Shown here piece after piece: positions 1 through 9,732 of a DNA stretch of 20,743 nt. Origin of the DNA: Priapulus caudatus. Its lineage: Eukaryota. The translations under genes were made by a program, and so were the position numbers. Positions within the stretch are counted from its first letter, which is position 1. Every line of letters starts with the position of its first letter. The notes below the pieces were generated by a model, which had not been told where the DNA came from, searched no databases, and saw nothing but the letters and a program-made list of their open reading frames with translations. The stretch lies in the NCBI RefSeq assembly GCF_000485595.1, contig NW_014577061.1, forward strand, positions 1,264,789 through 1,285,531, read 5' to 3'.

Positions 1-380
1 AATTGCGGGTCAGTGCTCACTTATATATGCATTACCTCACTACTCACACGCACGTACGCACACCCACTTGCTTACTCTGGCTAGTCTACAGGCATGCACA
101 TCCACACACACTACACATTCCATAGTCTAGCATGTTACTTGCCACTGATATGCTCCATAGTAATAATCAACGCACAGTTCCATGAGCCATGAAGTTACTA
201 ATTGAGATACAATAGAGTCAGGAAGCAATTACCATATTTCTATTTGCATAATAATGCATTTGTACTGATGGGCTTCTCTAACCCTTAACTAACTCTAACC
301 GTTAATCAAGTCTAACCCTTATCTAAACCTGTTTTTTAGCTCATCTGACATAGTCAGATGCAGCTTGTAGAATCGCATGA

Positions 381-457
381 CCGTCCGTCCGTCCGTCCGT
401 CCGTGCGTCCGTCCGTCCGAGCGTCCGTCCGTGCGTCCGTCCGAGCGTCCGTCCGTC
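381..457. repeat. (GTCC)n tetranucleotide microsatellite inside the HINE
   Basis: ccgtccgtccgtccgt... with gtgc/gagc variants. Confidence 0.95.
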
Positions 458-972
458 AACAGTTGGGCACAAATCTTAACCGCTCGACGTACGGTCACGA
501 TATTCGGGTCGTTGGGGGGATCGTCAAAACGAGTTGGGATGTCGAAGCTGGGGGTCAAAGGTCAAAGGTCAGAGGTGTAAAAGAAGGGGAACATTCACTC
601 CTTAACTTAAGGTATAGGGAAGATGCATAATTGCGGCACAATCTAAACGGCTCGACCTAGGCTCGTGATAGTCGGTGTATAGCATCATGGTAGGAAAAGC
701 CATCACTGTGCCGAAATGGAGGTCACAGGTCAATGGCACAGGCAGATTTTAGACATTTTCTGAGGACATGGTCTGACGGACGCGATTGAAAAACGTTTTT
801 TTGTTTCAGCGTGACCTAGCCTTTTATATGGCTTTTATTGAAAGGAACCATGAAATGTCCCTTCTGCTGACATGCGAAGAGTAAAGTGTCGATAACCTTT
901 ATTGACCCTCAAGGAGGTTAAACCTGGATTTTGTTGACTGTTAACACAGAGTGAACTGCTTTTGCTATAGAG

Positions 973-1080
973 CCCCCGCTCCCCCCACCTCCCCCTTTCG
1001 TCCCCTCCCAACCCCCCTCCCCCCCGCCCTCGTCCGCCACCCTCGTCCCCTACCCCTCACCCCCACCCTCCCCCTCCCTC
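973..1080 (-). repeat. C-rich low-complexity tract (G-runs on the minus strand, G-quadruplex potential)
   Basis: More than a dozen runs of >=3 C within ~110 nt. Confidence 0.8.
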
Positions 1081-1417
1081 ATCTGCGATAGTGGGCGTGT
1101 CCAATAACAACACAATGATGCGTACGCAACTGCGTTCGCATATCTGCGCGTCTAACCCAATGTGGTACTACGCACTGACTGAAATTTTACGTTTAATAAT
1201 CGTAGCAACCAGACCTCAGATGAGCCCAGACGCTCTGCGGCTCTTGTTTATTTAACATTGGCCCTGATCTTAAGGTTATTAACCCTAACTGTAATGCTGA
1301 TCCTATACGAAATAAAATGATGAAAATTGCACAGCTGGAATGGATGAAGTCTGCACATGTAAATGATTTGAGAGTAGGATCTCTCCTTCCTAGGAAACAC
1401 CTTCTCAGATGCGTAGA

Positions 1418-1645
1418 TGTAACGTTGAATTAAGAGTTCATGTAGAAATGATGAAGTAGAGATCCAAACTTGTGTATTTAACTGAATAAACTTTAATAAC
1501 GTGCACACAGTGTAGTCCCCGTTCTCCCAGACCGCGTCCTACCTCCATTTCACAATGACCCTAGAAAGGCCGGACGTAAAACACGTTTACCATTCTCCCT
1601 ATAACATCAATCTAGCCGCACAAAATGCGCGACGCTCTGTCTACA
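1418..1645 (-). repeat. LTR copy with 145-bp internal deletion (putative 3' LTR)
   Basis: Aligns to 2506-2605 plus 2751-2878. Confidence 0.9.
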
Positions 1646-2505
1646 AAACCGATTTCATATTTTCGATGAAATGTTTTAGGCCTATCAAACTCTAATCGAA
1701 AAATGTGTTTAGCAGTCTGACAATATTGCGTAAACATAACGTTAGCACAAATTCAAGAAAACGATCACACATTTCTATACAAAGTTTCACACAAAAGATT
1801 TTCCCACACAAATACAAACGGTCACAAGCACATACCATGAAAAAAAAACTGCGTACATAAAATTAAGAAAAACAGATAAAAATGCACATTCCTGATGATG
1901 TCACCCTTTCACGTCCAGTTTCGACGGCACGAGATTAAAGCGTTTCACCAATTAACTTCTAGAATTCCCTGGATTTTTTTTTAGCCATTACAGTTATTTA
2001 TCTTTCACGTCCTCTGTCTCTGCTCTGTCAGCCTTGCCTTCTCTGTTCTGCTATCTTCTCTCTCACACACAGGTCGAGACTTGGACTTGCCCTCGCAGTA
2101 TCACGAATACAACACCGGCCGTTCCTTCCTTCACGCTGACTTACTCACAGTAGTTCCTACGCCGTGTGTATCCACCGTTCTCTTTCCCGCGTCTCGCTCT
2201 GTTCCTCCCGTCTCGCTCTCCGCCATTTTTCGTCTCTGTCGATCGCTCTCCGTCGTTCTTCGTTTCTCCTACACTTGCTCCTGTTTCCGTCTCTCTCTCT
2301 CTCTTCCTCCCTCTCTCTTGCTCTCTTGTTCGCTCTCCGTTTCCCCTCCAGTTTTCTTGCCAGTAGTGTATTCAGCGACTCCTCCTGTGTCTTCTTCCTT
2401 CTCCATCTTCCTTGCGTAGTATGGCTCGTAGATCGACATAGTGGAGTACCTTACGTTGCGTCCGCAAAGGAATACCCAGGTTTTGGACTGTCACTGGCAT
2501 CAAAA

Positions 2506-2878
2506 TGTAACGTTGAATTAAGAGTTCATGTAGAAATGATGAAGTAGAAATCCAAACTTGTGTATTAAACTGAATAAACTTTAATAACTTGCACACAGTG
2601 TAGTCACATCTTGCACAGAGAGACAAAGACACGCGCACACTCGCCTAAGCGCGTGTGCTTACTTCTGCGACCACAACCAGACTCCCCGACTCCTACATCT
2701 CTGTCCTATATATTACCCCCAAAACCCCTACATCCTGAGCGCACATGTCACCCGTTCTCCCAGACCGCGTCCTACCTCCATTTCACAATGACCCTAGAAA
2801 CGCCCGACCTAAAACACGTTTACCATTTTCCCTATAACATCAATCTAGCCGCACAAGATGCGCGACGCTCTGTCTACA
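2506..2878 (-). repeat. 373-bp LTR copy (putative 5' LTR)
   Basis: TG..CA termini, adjacent PBS-like sequence, TATA-like motif at ~2705-2712 on the minus strand. Confidence 0.85.
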
Positions 2879-3684
2879 TAGACTACCACCAAAACAATCC
2901 TGAGTCTAGCCGCACTCCGCGTCTCTAACTAATTTATGTAACAACTGTAAATCATATGTTACATAAATGCAGAGCGTTAACATAATTTACATCAGCATGT
3001 AAAATCAATAGGCCCATTCTTACAAAATTATGTTGTCATGAACAACTGATAGCAACAGCTGTCATGATCAGTTTTTCTGCAACTATCACATGTACAATCC
3101 TTTACGCACATGAATTCCTAATGATGTAAGCAGTAGAAGCGGTGGTAAGTGACTTCCGTAAATTTCTATGATTTGCTTTCATAATTTAGCATAATTATAC
3201 TTCTGTGAGGAACCGTAGATGAACAAGCATCGGCAAATCGATCAAAGCAGTTGCACATAATCTCACAGCTGTTCGATACTTGGCGGCGCGAGTCACGCAT
3301 TGAGCGTGAATAATTTTACAAGAGAACCATCACATCAGTCCGAATGTCCTCTGTATCCTACACATATCTCTTCTCCCGGCAATTGCAGCGCACCTGCTGC
3401 TAAGCTGGCTGGATCTCGGCACGTCATTGACATGTAACAACACAGTGTACTTTCTGGCTATAAGCACAACTTGGTGGTTTATATGGTTAGATGATTTCGA
3501 AGCTTCGCACTCTGTTTATGGGCATGGTTGGTGTAACATCAAAAGGCACGTAACACGTGGTGGTGTTTTCTGTTAAGTATTTAAGCCATTATTATAGATA
3601 TAAAATGGCAACATGCACTTTGTTAGCTTCCATACGTATTTTTATTTACTTTTTTAATATATATATAATATAATATATATTATA

Positions 3685-4117
3685 TGTAGCCTGTCAGAGC
3701 AAAACATGCCGTAGGACTTCAATGTTCATTCTGAGTTATAGGTGATTTTTCACCTAAAAGTAGTAAAAAGCCGATTTTTTGTTGTCATAAATACCTTTAG
3801 TAGTTATCCATGTTCGATGTTACATCAATAAAACTGGCCAAAAGTGTAATATGCAGTAAGATATTTTTTCAGATTTTTGTCCAAATGAAGGCCAAATGAA
3901 AACAAACTTTAACTGTATGACCTAATTACTCTGAACTTTGTTTTCCAAAATCTGCCCGATTCCAACTACTCAAATGCTCAACTACTCACGAACCATGTGA
4001 CCTAGGAAGAAGATCTTGGTGTCAAAATAACCAGAATTGAATGGTCTTTCTGATAAAACTACTAACTCATAATGTCCGAATTGAGTCCTACGGCATGTTT
4101 TGATCTGACAGGCTACA
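3685..4117. mobile_element. 433-bp MITE with ~37-bp TIRs, flanked by TA
   Basis: Left tgtagcctgtcagagcaaaacatgccgtaggact; right agtcctacggcatgttttgatctgacaggctaca (1 mismatch); TA at 3683-3684 and 4118-4119, within an AT-rich tract; no coding capacity. Confidence 0.9.
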
Positions 4118-4563
4118 TACTATAATATATAAACATTGAATTGTGAGTCTTATGTCAATGTCTACACGTGTTTCTAGAGGCAAAGTCATTTACGTATAAT
4201 TACAATATTGCATAAATTTAAACCTCAATCAATACTTAGAGTCAATTAAGTATGTAAACAATATTAGTTATTTGTATTTCGTTTTCTGTTGTATTACCTT
4301 GTTCGTTTTTCTCTTTTGCTAGTAAAACTCATAATACTTGGTATACAGTTTGGAATATTCACAATTCATATATAATTTATGCATGCATAGTGAAGATTTC
4401 TCATCATGTGTGTCTTCACACAATTAAATAAACATCATTTATAAACATTTTGTAAGTGAAACCTATACACTGCGCTTATCTGGGCTTGCCCTTAGTGTAC
4501 ATGGTGTGCTATTTTTATGTGAAATTGATGCGACTGGCCATACTGTTCTTCTGCTGTCTCCAG

Positions 4564-4682
4564 ATAAGGACAGGAAGGGACACATAACGCGACAGTTATC
4601 AGATACGATGCTGAGGTCCTCGGACGTCATTCCAACTCCAAAGCATAAACCTGTCGGACTCAACATGGATGATTTTCTGCCT
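4564..4682 (+). CDS. KATNB1: KATNB1 internal exon, (D)KDRKGHITRQLSDTMLRSSDVIPTPKHKPVGLNMDDFLP
   Basis: Acceptor ttcttctgctgtctccag (AG 4562-4563); donor CCT|gtaagt at 4683; phase 1 in, phase 0 out; contains the GL..DFLP motif. Confidence 0.85.
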
Positions 4683-6842
4683 GTAAGTCGCCTGTGTAGT
4701 AATGAGCTGGCAAACATATGCTCCCTGTGCAGCAAGCAGGGGCACATGAAATGCCTGAGATTTGTTACCGTGAGACATACGCCACCCCTGTCTGTATGTG
4801 GAGGATAATGCATAGTTTGCAAAACTCTATTCTTCCAAGTTTCTATAGACATATGGTGTGCATATTATTTCATGGTGACCAGAGAAATGGAAATCTGCCG
4901 CTTGCATTAGATTGCAGAGGTTTTTGTCAAACTCAAAATCTCGTTTTTTAAACAGACGTGCTGTTTATAATAATTTTTCCGTGGCCAGAAATTTAAATCG
5001 TTAGTGTCATAATGCTGGTGATACCTTTTCTTACACAGCGATTGCTTGTTTTATTTCACCTCTCCCCCCCCCCAGAAACAGGCACAGATGATGGATAAAC
5101 CGGGCAGGGGTATCTCTGAAGAGGAAGCCATGGCGACAGTGCTGACGGAACATAACAGTATGGCTGCCGTGCTGTCCACCAGACACAAGAACCTGCAGGT
5201 CGTGAGAACCATGTGGACCAACAGAGACGTTCGGGTAAGCACGCCCAGCATCCACACGCGCACGTGCACACACCTTACGTGTGATGCTTTAATGCCCTAG
5301 CAAATTTGATTGTTTCGTGTCTGTTCTTTTCTATTCCCCCCCTCCCTATTTTGCCTGTGATTCAGTGATATTACGTCACATTTTCTTGCGGAAGTTACCT
5401 GTAACGTATAATCAAGAGCTTATAATACATAAAGTGTATAACGGGAAAACGGGAAAAATATTACTACTTTATGGCAAGATTACATAGTATTACATGTATG
5501 AGCTTAGATTACAATCCAATATCTCAGCCTAGGAATGACGTAGAGACAAGCTGTTAGTCTTGCTTTAGCGAGGAAAGAATACCATGTAATGCAATACTAT
5601 TACCTTGTTTTGAACTTGCATTTGTAATATAGTAGTTTTGTCATAAAGTATCACTATTTCCCCGTTTTCTCGTTATACACCGTGTATTATTAGCTCTTGG
5701 TATATAATAATTACACTGCTATTATTATATCTACAAGGGAGGAAAATATCTATCTTTAATCTATAATTATTGTTGGGATAATTAAGTAGTGTTTTATTAA
5801 TTATTATCACGCACCCGGTTACATATATGTGCCTCTGTTACTATGGAATGAATGATGCGTCTCACATGTTTGTTGCCTACTCGTCCTGCAGACGGCGCTA
5901 GACACAGCCATCACGATGAATGACCTCTCCGTCGTCGTGGACCTCATGAGCTTGATGTGCCGGAAGGACCACTGGTGGAATCTCGACCTTTGTGCCTTGG
6001 TTCTTACGCAACTCACAGAGTTGCTGCAGAGCAAGTATGAACAGTACGTGTCAGTGAGGGCCGTGCGACGGCGAGAGAAATATGTGAAATGAACTGAAAA
6101 CGCCCTAAGAAGTGCGTGTCACTATAAAAAAATGAAGACTGTTCTTTACTCGGACATTCTGTTGCATAATAGTATTGTGTTAGCAGTGTGAGTAGACCAA
6201 GCAGCAGTAGAAGCAGCAACAGTGCCGACCATAGTAGTTGCAGTGGCAGTGTACAAACAAGCTCTGCTAGCGGCACTAGCTGTAAGATGACTGATCTTGC
6301 TTTGGAGCTCTTGTTCTAAGTTTCCTGGTTGGTTTTCATTAAGTACGGTATCCCGATTCTTTCGCCGGTCTCTGCGTTCACTGTTTTAAAACGAGTGAAT
6401 TGTTTGTGTATTTCAGCTATGTGATATGTGGTTGCAACGCGTTTAGAATAATTCTACAGAACTTCGGCACTATAATAAAGTCGAATATCTCAACTGGATC
6501 GGGCATTGGTGTGGATATCTCCAGAGAGGAAAGGTAACCTGCCATGCACTGTACCTTTCCTAATGGAATAATAAATATTGTTGCTCACAGTAAAGTAGCC
6601 TTGAATTTTTCCGCATTTCTTAGAATCTCATGAGCTGCCCTCTGTTTCCTTTGGCTGTACTTGCTACTGTCACTTGTTGAATTCATTGTTGTTCATTGTT
6701 TGACTGTTTTTGCAGACAAAACAAGTGCAAAATCTGTTATGGCCACATCACTTCTATCCGTCCACTTTTGGATAAGAAGCGGTCAGGAAAGCTCGGAAGT
6801 CGCTTCAGGGAACTGGTCGTTCTCATGGACACATTATTATAG
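4564..6842 (+). CDS. KATNB1: Katanin p80 subunit B1, 3' part of a spliced gene: join(4564..4682,5076..5234,5892..6043,6417..6533,6716..6842), ~224 C-terminal aa including the con80 (p60-binding) domain; WD40 exons lie upstream of the window
   Basis: Five exons with AG acceptors after pyrimidine-rich tracts and GT donors join in frame (674 nt + 1 split base = 225 codons incl. TAG). The translation has motifs I recognise from katanin p80: IPTPKHKPVGLNMDDFLP, VLSTRHKNLQVVRTMW, MNDLSVVVDL, WNLDLC, LLQSKYE, GVDISREER..KC..CY, GSRFRELVVLM*. The upstream P-[IV]-G-L-x3-DFLP motif favours KATNB1 over KATNBL1 (from memory, not a database search). Confidence 0.93.
5076..5234 (+). CDS. KATNB1: KATNB1 internal exon, KQAQMMDKPGRGISEEEAMATVLTEHNSMAAVLSTRHKNLQVVRTMWTNRDVR
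   Basis: Acceptor tctcccccccccccag; donor CGG|gtaagc at 5235; 159 nt, phase 0/0; start of con80 domain. Confidence 0.92.
5407..5706. mobile_element. ~300-bp degenerate foldback MITE with ~85-bp imperfect TIRs in a KATNB1 intron
   Basis: caagagcttataatacataaagtgtataacgggaaaacggg...actttatggcaa (from 5413) is the imperfect reverse complement of ttgtcataaagt...cccgttttctcgttatacaccgtgtattattagctcttg (to 5699); TA-rich flanks; boundaries approximate. Confidence 0.8.
5892..6043 (+). CDS. KATNB1: KATNB1 internal exon, TALDTAITMNDLSVVVDLMSLMCRKDHWWNLDLCALVLTQLTELLQSKYE(H)
   Basis: Acceptor ctactcgtcctgcag; donor CA|gtacgt at 6044; phase 0/2; not called in the ORF track. Confidence 0.92.
6417..6533 (+). 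CDS. KATNB1: KATNB1 internal exon, YVICGCNAFRIILQNFGTIIKSNISTGSGIGVDISREE(R)
   Basis: Acceptor tgtttgtgtatttcag; donor AG|gtaacc at 6534; phase 2/2; GVDISREER motif. Confidence 0.93.
6716..6842 (+). CDS. KATNB1: KATNB1 terminal coding exon, QNKCKICYGHITSIRPLLDKKRSGKLGSRFRELVVLMDTLL*
   Basis: Acceptor tgactgtttttgcag; phase 2 in; stop TAG 6840-6842; resembles the p80 C-terminus. Confidence 0.92.
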
Positions 6843-6883
6843 GCAAAGATGGACACGCTGGTGTGAGGTGTGTCTCTCAAACG

Positions 6884-7094
6884 CCATGAGTTTCTCTGCA
6901 GGCTATAGTATGGACCCATGAGTTTCTCTACATGCTATAGTATGGACCCATGAGTTTCTCTGCAGGCTATAGTATGGACCCATGAGTTTCTCTGCAGGCT
7001 ATAGTATGGACCCATGAGTTTCTCTGCTGGCTATAGTATGGACCCATGAGTTACTCTACATGCTATAGTATGGACCCATGAGTTTCTCTGCAGG
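6884..7094. repeat. 32-bp minisatellite, ~6.6 copies, in the probable KATNB1 3' UTR
   Basis: Unit ccatgagtttctctgcaggctatagtatggac starting at 6884, 6916, 6948, 6980, 7012, 7044, 7076; degenerate ~30-bp units continue to ~7270. Confidence 0.97.
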
Positions 7095-9732
7095 TTGGTG
7101 TGAGTCCGTGAGTGCCTCTACATGCAGTTATGAGCCCACGAGTGCCTCAGCAGTCTAGTGTGAGACTTGGTGATACTCTGTAATTTATTGTGAGCCAATG
7201 TGTGTCTCTAGAAGGCCAGTGACTACGAACGAGTGCTTCTACAGACTAGTGTGAGCCGCCCCTGGGTGCCTGCATTGTGCATTCATATACATGAGTGCTC
7301 ACAAACGTGTGTAGGCTTTTACAAGTGTAGAGCATTTGCATTTCTGGGATGCATGTGTGTGAATCGGTGACATGCTACTGTTTTGCGGTTTTACGCATAC
7401 CTGTGGCCGTGTGATAGCAACAACACATCCGATAAGCAGAGTATCTATCGTATACTCCCGTGATACCAGTTTTAGGGCTTGGTGAAATTTCATAAAGATG
7501 CTGCCAGGTGCTGTTTATGTCTCTTATATGACAGCAATACACCCTGTAATACTGCTACAGTGCTGCCAATTACATGTCTTAACAGTCTAGTGGCATTTTT
7601 ATGTAGCACTATCAAGCTCTAGAATTTGTGTCAACAGTGTATGCAGTGTATGTGCTGTCAACAATGTCAACACGAATGTCAACAACGTTCTGCGCTCGGA
7701 TAATTGGAGTGTTTTCACCTGTATGACTGTGATGGATTTATGTGCGTGGCTCCATCTGGTGAGTGAGATAGCTACAGTCGATGATACGGCAACCAGTACA
7801 GTCAGCATGGAGAAGCTTGTATTATAACGTGCCGTAAATCTGCGTACCGACGATTCGGATCATCTTGGTGCAATCAGTAACTGTAACTGGTGTTGTAAAA
7901 TATAGTTGACGTTTCTTGCAATTACCGGTCCGGTTGGCCGATATATTTGACTCTTGTTGTGAATGCATGGCAGCATGCCTTTCTTGTGTTCTTGAAGGGA
8001 CCATGCCAGACTATTTATATTTTTCCACGATTGCGGCAATGCACGGCGTGTAGAATATGTAAATACTGTTCTCTTAACAGAATGTTATACACGAGTTTTC
8101 CAAGCGAGTCGCAGTTATGCAGTCCGTAATAGATGGCGTTATCATCTGCTGCAACGTGTTGTAAACTAGAAGTTGATTTTGCAGCGTATTGTGAGAGCTT
8201 GTAAGCTTGTAACGGCACAGCTATTAGCTCCAGTAGCAACATCAGTGTCTCTCTGGGTGGTATAAATGCCTACAGCTGAGCGCAGCTACTACAATTAATA
8301 ATAATTATTAAGTTGTAAGATATTTTAGGTATAATATTATTGCATGCTCGGGATAAGTAATCACCACATATTAGTTGTAAACATAGATGTGTTTGAATAT
8401 CGATAGGTGTCATGTATTTAATACACTGCTAAGTGTCGCCTGTTTGCGGGTAGGCTCTGTTGTGATGAGTATAAATAAGCAATATGCTGTTCTAAATAAT
8501 ATACGGGGCCTAGTTGTGGTTTTTAAATGGATTCCTTATATTAGGATGAGCCCCTGGTGTACAATCAGTGTCATACTGGCTATCTATGTGGGAGTTCACA
8601 GCGTTCACGGTGGCGGAATGATAGAAAGCGCTTAAGAACAATACGATCTGTTAATGGTTTTGTACGATATCAGTGCCCGTCTAATAACATGTTATGAATT
8701 CGTTCTGCATGATATAATAATACAGATGCATGTGAGCTGTTTAGCTTGAGTGCGCGTTGCAGTCGTTTCAATAATACCAGTGAGTGGAGTGGGTGAGAGC
8801 CGTGCTTCATCCGTAACGACGTTCTGAGTGAATGGATTTGTGACTGCACGTTACCCACCAGGAGCGCTGTTCATACGAAAAATGCAGCTAAGTTGAACGA
8901 TGCCGTTCTTGTGATCAATGCACTTACTGTGGTATTTATTTTCTCCTGTTACTATCTCGGTGACGGTGATTGGTGAGGCGTGGGCAGCCGGTGTAAGTAT
9001 AATTCCCGATTTTGTAACATATGAACAGAATCGGGTCCGTCTCATAGCCGGAATATTAAGTAGCAGGTGACACACAACATGCAGTCTGATCTAAGCGATG
9101 CAATGTCACAATGTCTCTAGACAATATCGAGCCGCAAAAAAACCTTTTTGTAATATTTTGAGAAAATAAAAAAGGACTGTGATTAGAAGAGAACTCGCTA
9201 CTTACTACGTATTTCAATTCTTCGCTGCTCTTTTTGTCGCGTGTGGCAGCTGAGCAGACGACCACAGGCATCGATGGCCACGTCCACGCCGCGTGGGCAG
9301 GCCTCAACGCTAGAGAATCGGTTACTGTTGTTGCCGCCGCTGCATATTTCGCTGTTGGCATTTTTACGGTTTTGGGTTGTGCGCCCCCGTCGCCGCTATT
9401 GTGTACACTCGCTGAGCCTGCACGCTCGGACGCGCTGACCGAGGTTTCAAGACTGCGCGAGCAAAGGAAGTGAGTAATTACCCCGACGGGACTTATCCCA
9501 GCGAGGAGCGCAGACCGGTGCGTGGGCATCGGCGAATGCTAAGTGTGGGCGATTGGCGACTTGCGGAGGTTTTTTGTCGCCAGAAATTGCCCCAGAAGTG
9601 TGTCTTTGCAGCGGAAATAGTCAATCAGGCTTTGTTGAGCGGTGAGCTTGCAGCTGGCCCCGGGCTCGGAGCAAAAGCAAGGTCGGGCGTACTACACGAA
9701 AAGTCGTCTCTAGGGACACGGCATCAGTTACC

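Larger units (their letters stand above)
332..1249 (+). mobile_element. Non-autonomous Helentron-associated (HINE/DINE-1-like) rolling-circle element
   Basis: Starts in a T-run; 5' subterminal IR agctcatctga (338-348) with internal palindrome catctgac-ata-gtcagatg; (GTCC)n microsatellite 381-457; two ~170-bp degenerate core repeats (ggcacaaatcttaaccgctcgac at ~466, ggcacaatctaaacggctcgac at ~636); 3' subTIR tcagatgagc (1216-1225) overlapping a short hairpin gagcc-caga-cgc-tctg-c-ggctc, then ttgttt; no TSD. Confidence 0.75.
1418..2878 (-). mobile_element. Short non-autonomous / internally deleted LTR retroelement (LTRs 1418-1645 and 2506-2878)
   Basis: Direct repeats both begin TGTAAC and end CTACA (TG..CA); 8 mismatches over the 228 shared bp; 4-bp TSD TAGA (1414-1417, 2879-2882); minus-strand PBS-like TTTTGATGCCAGTGAC abutting the 2506 LTR end; minus-strand TATATAGG and ATTAAA in the LTR; no gag/pol recognisable in the 860-bp interior. 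Confidence 0.8.

Noticed and set aside
278..330. ctaaccc motifs as a telomeric repeat
   Set aside because: Degenerate and non-tandem; more typical of TE-internal motifs
319..630. ORFs with RPSV/DGRT repeats
   Set aside because: Translations of the (GTCC)n microsatellite
2081..2547. Ser/Leu-rich ORFs and the Arg/Glu-rich antisense frames as gag or Helitron protein
   Set aside because: Low-complexity CT/GA-rich sequence; the minus frames contain stops and no zinc knuckle or other motif
3389..3433. 45-nt candidate KATNB1 micro-exon (ttgcag|CGCACC...GACAT|gtaaca)
   Set aside because: Weak donor; the more protein-like frame (APAAKLAGSRHVID) is phase 2 and does not fit the phase-1 acceptor at 4564; no recognisable homology
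6884..7094. 32-bp repeats as a CRISPR array
   Set aside because: Units are head-to-tail with no unique spacers, there are no cas genes, and the context is a eukaryotic 3' UTR
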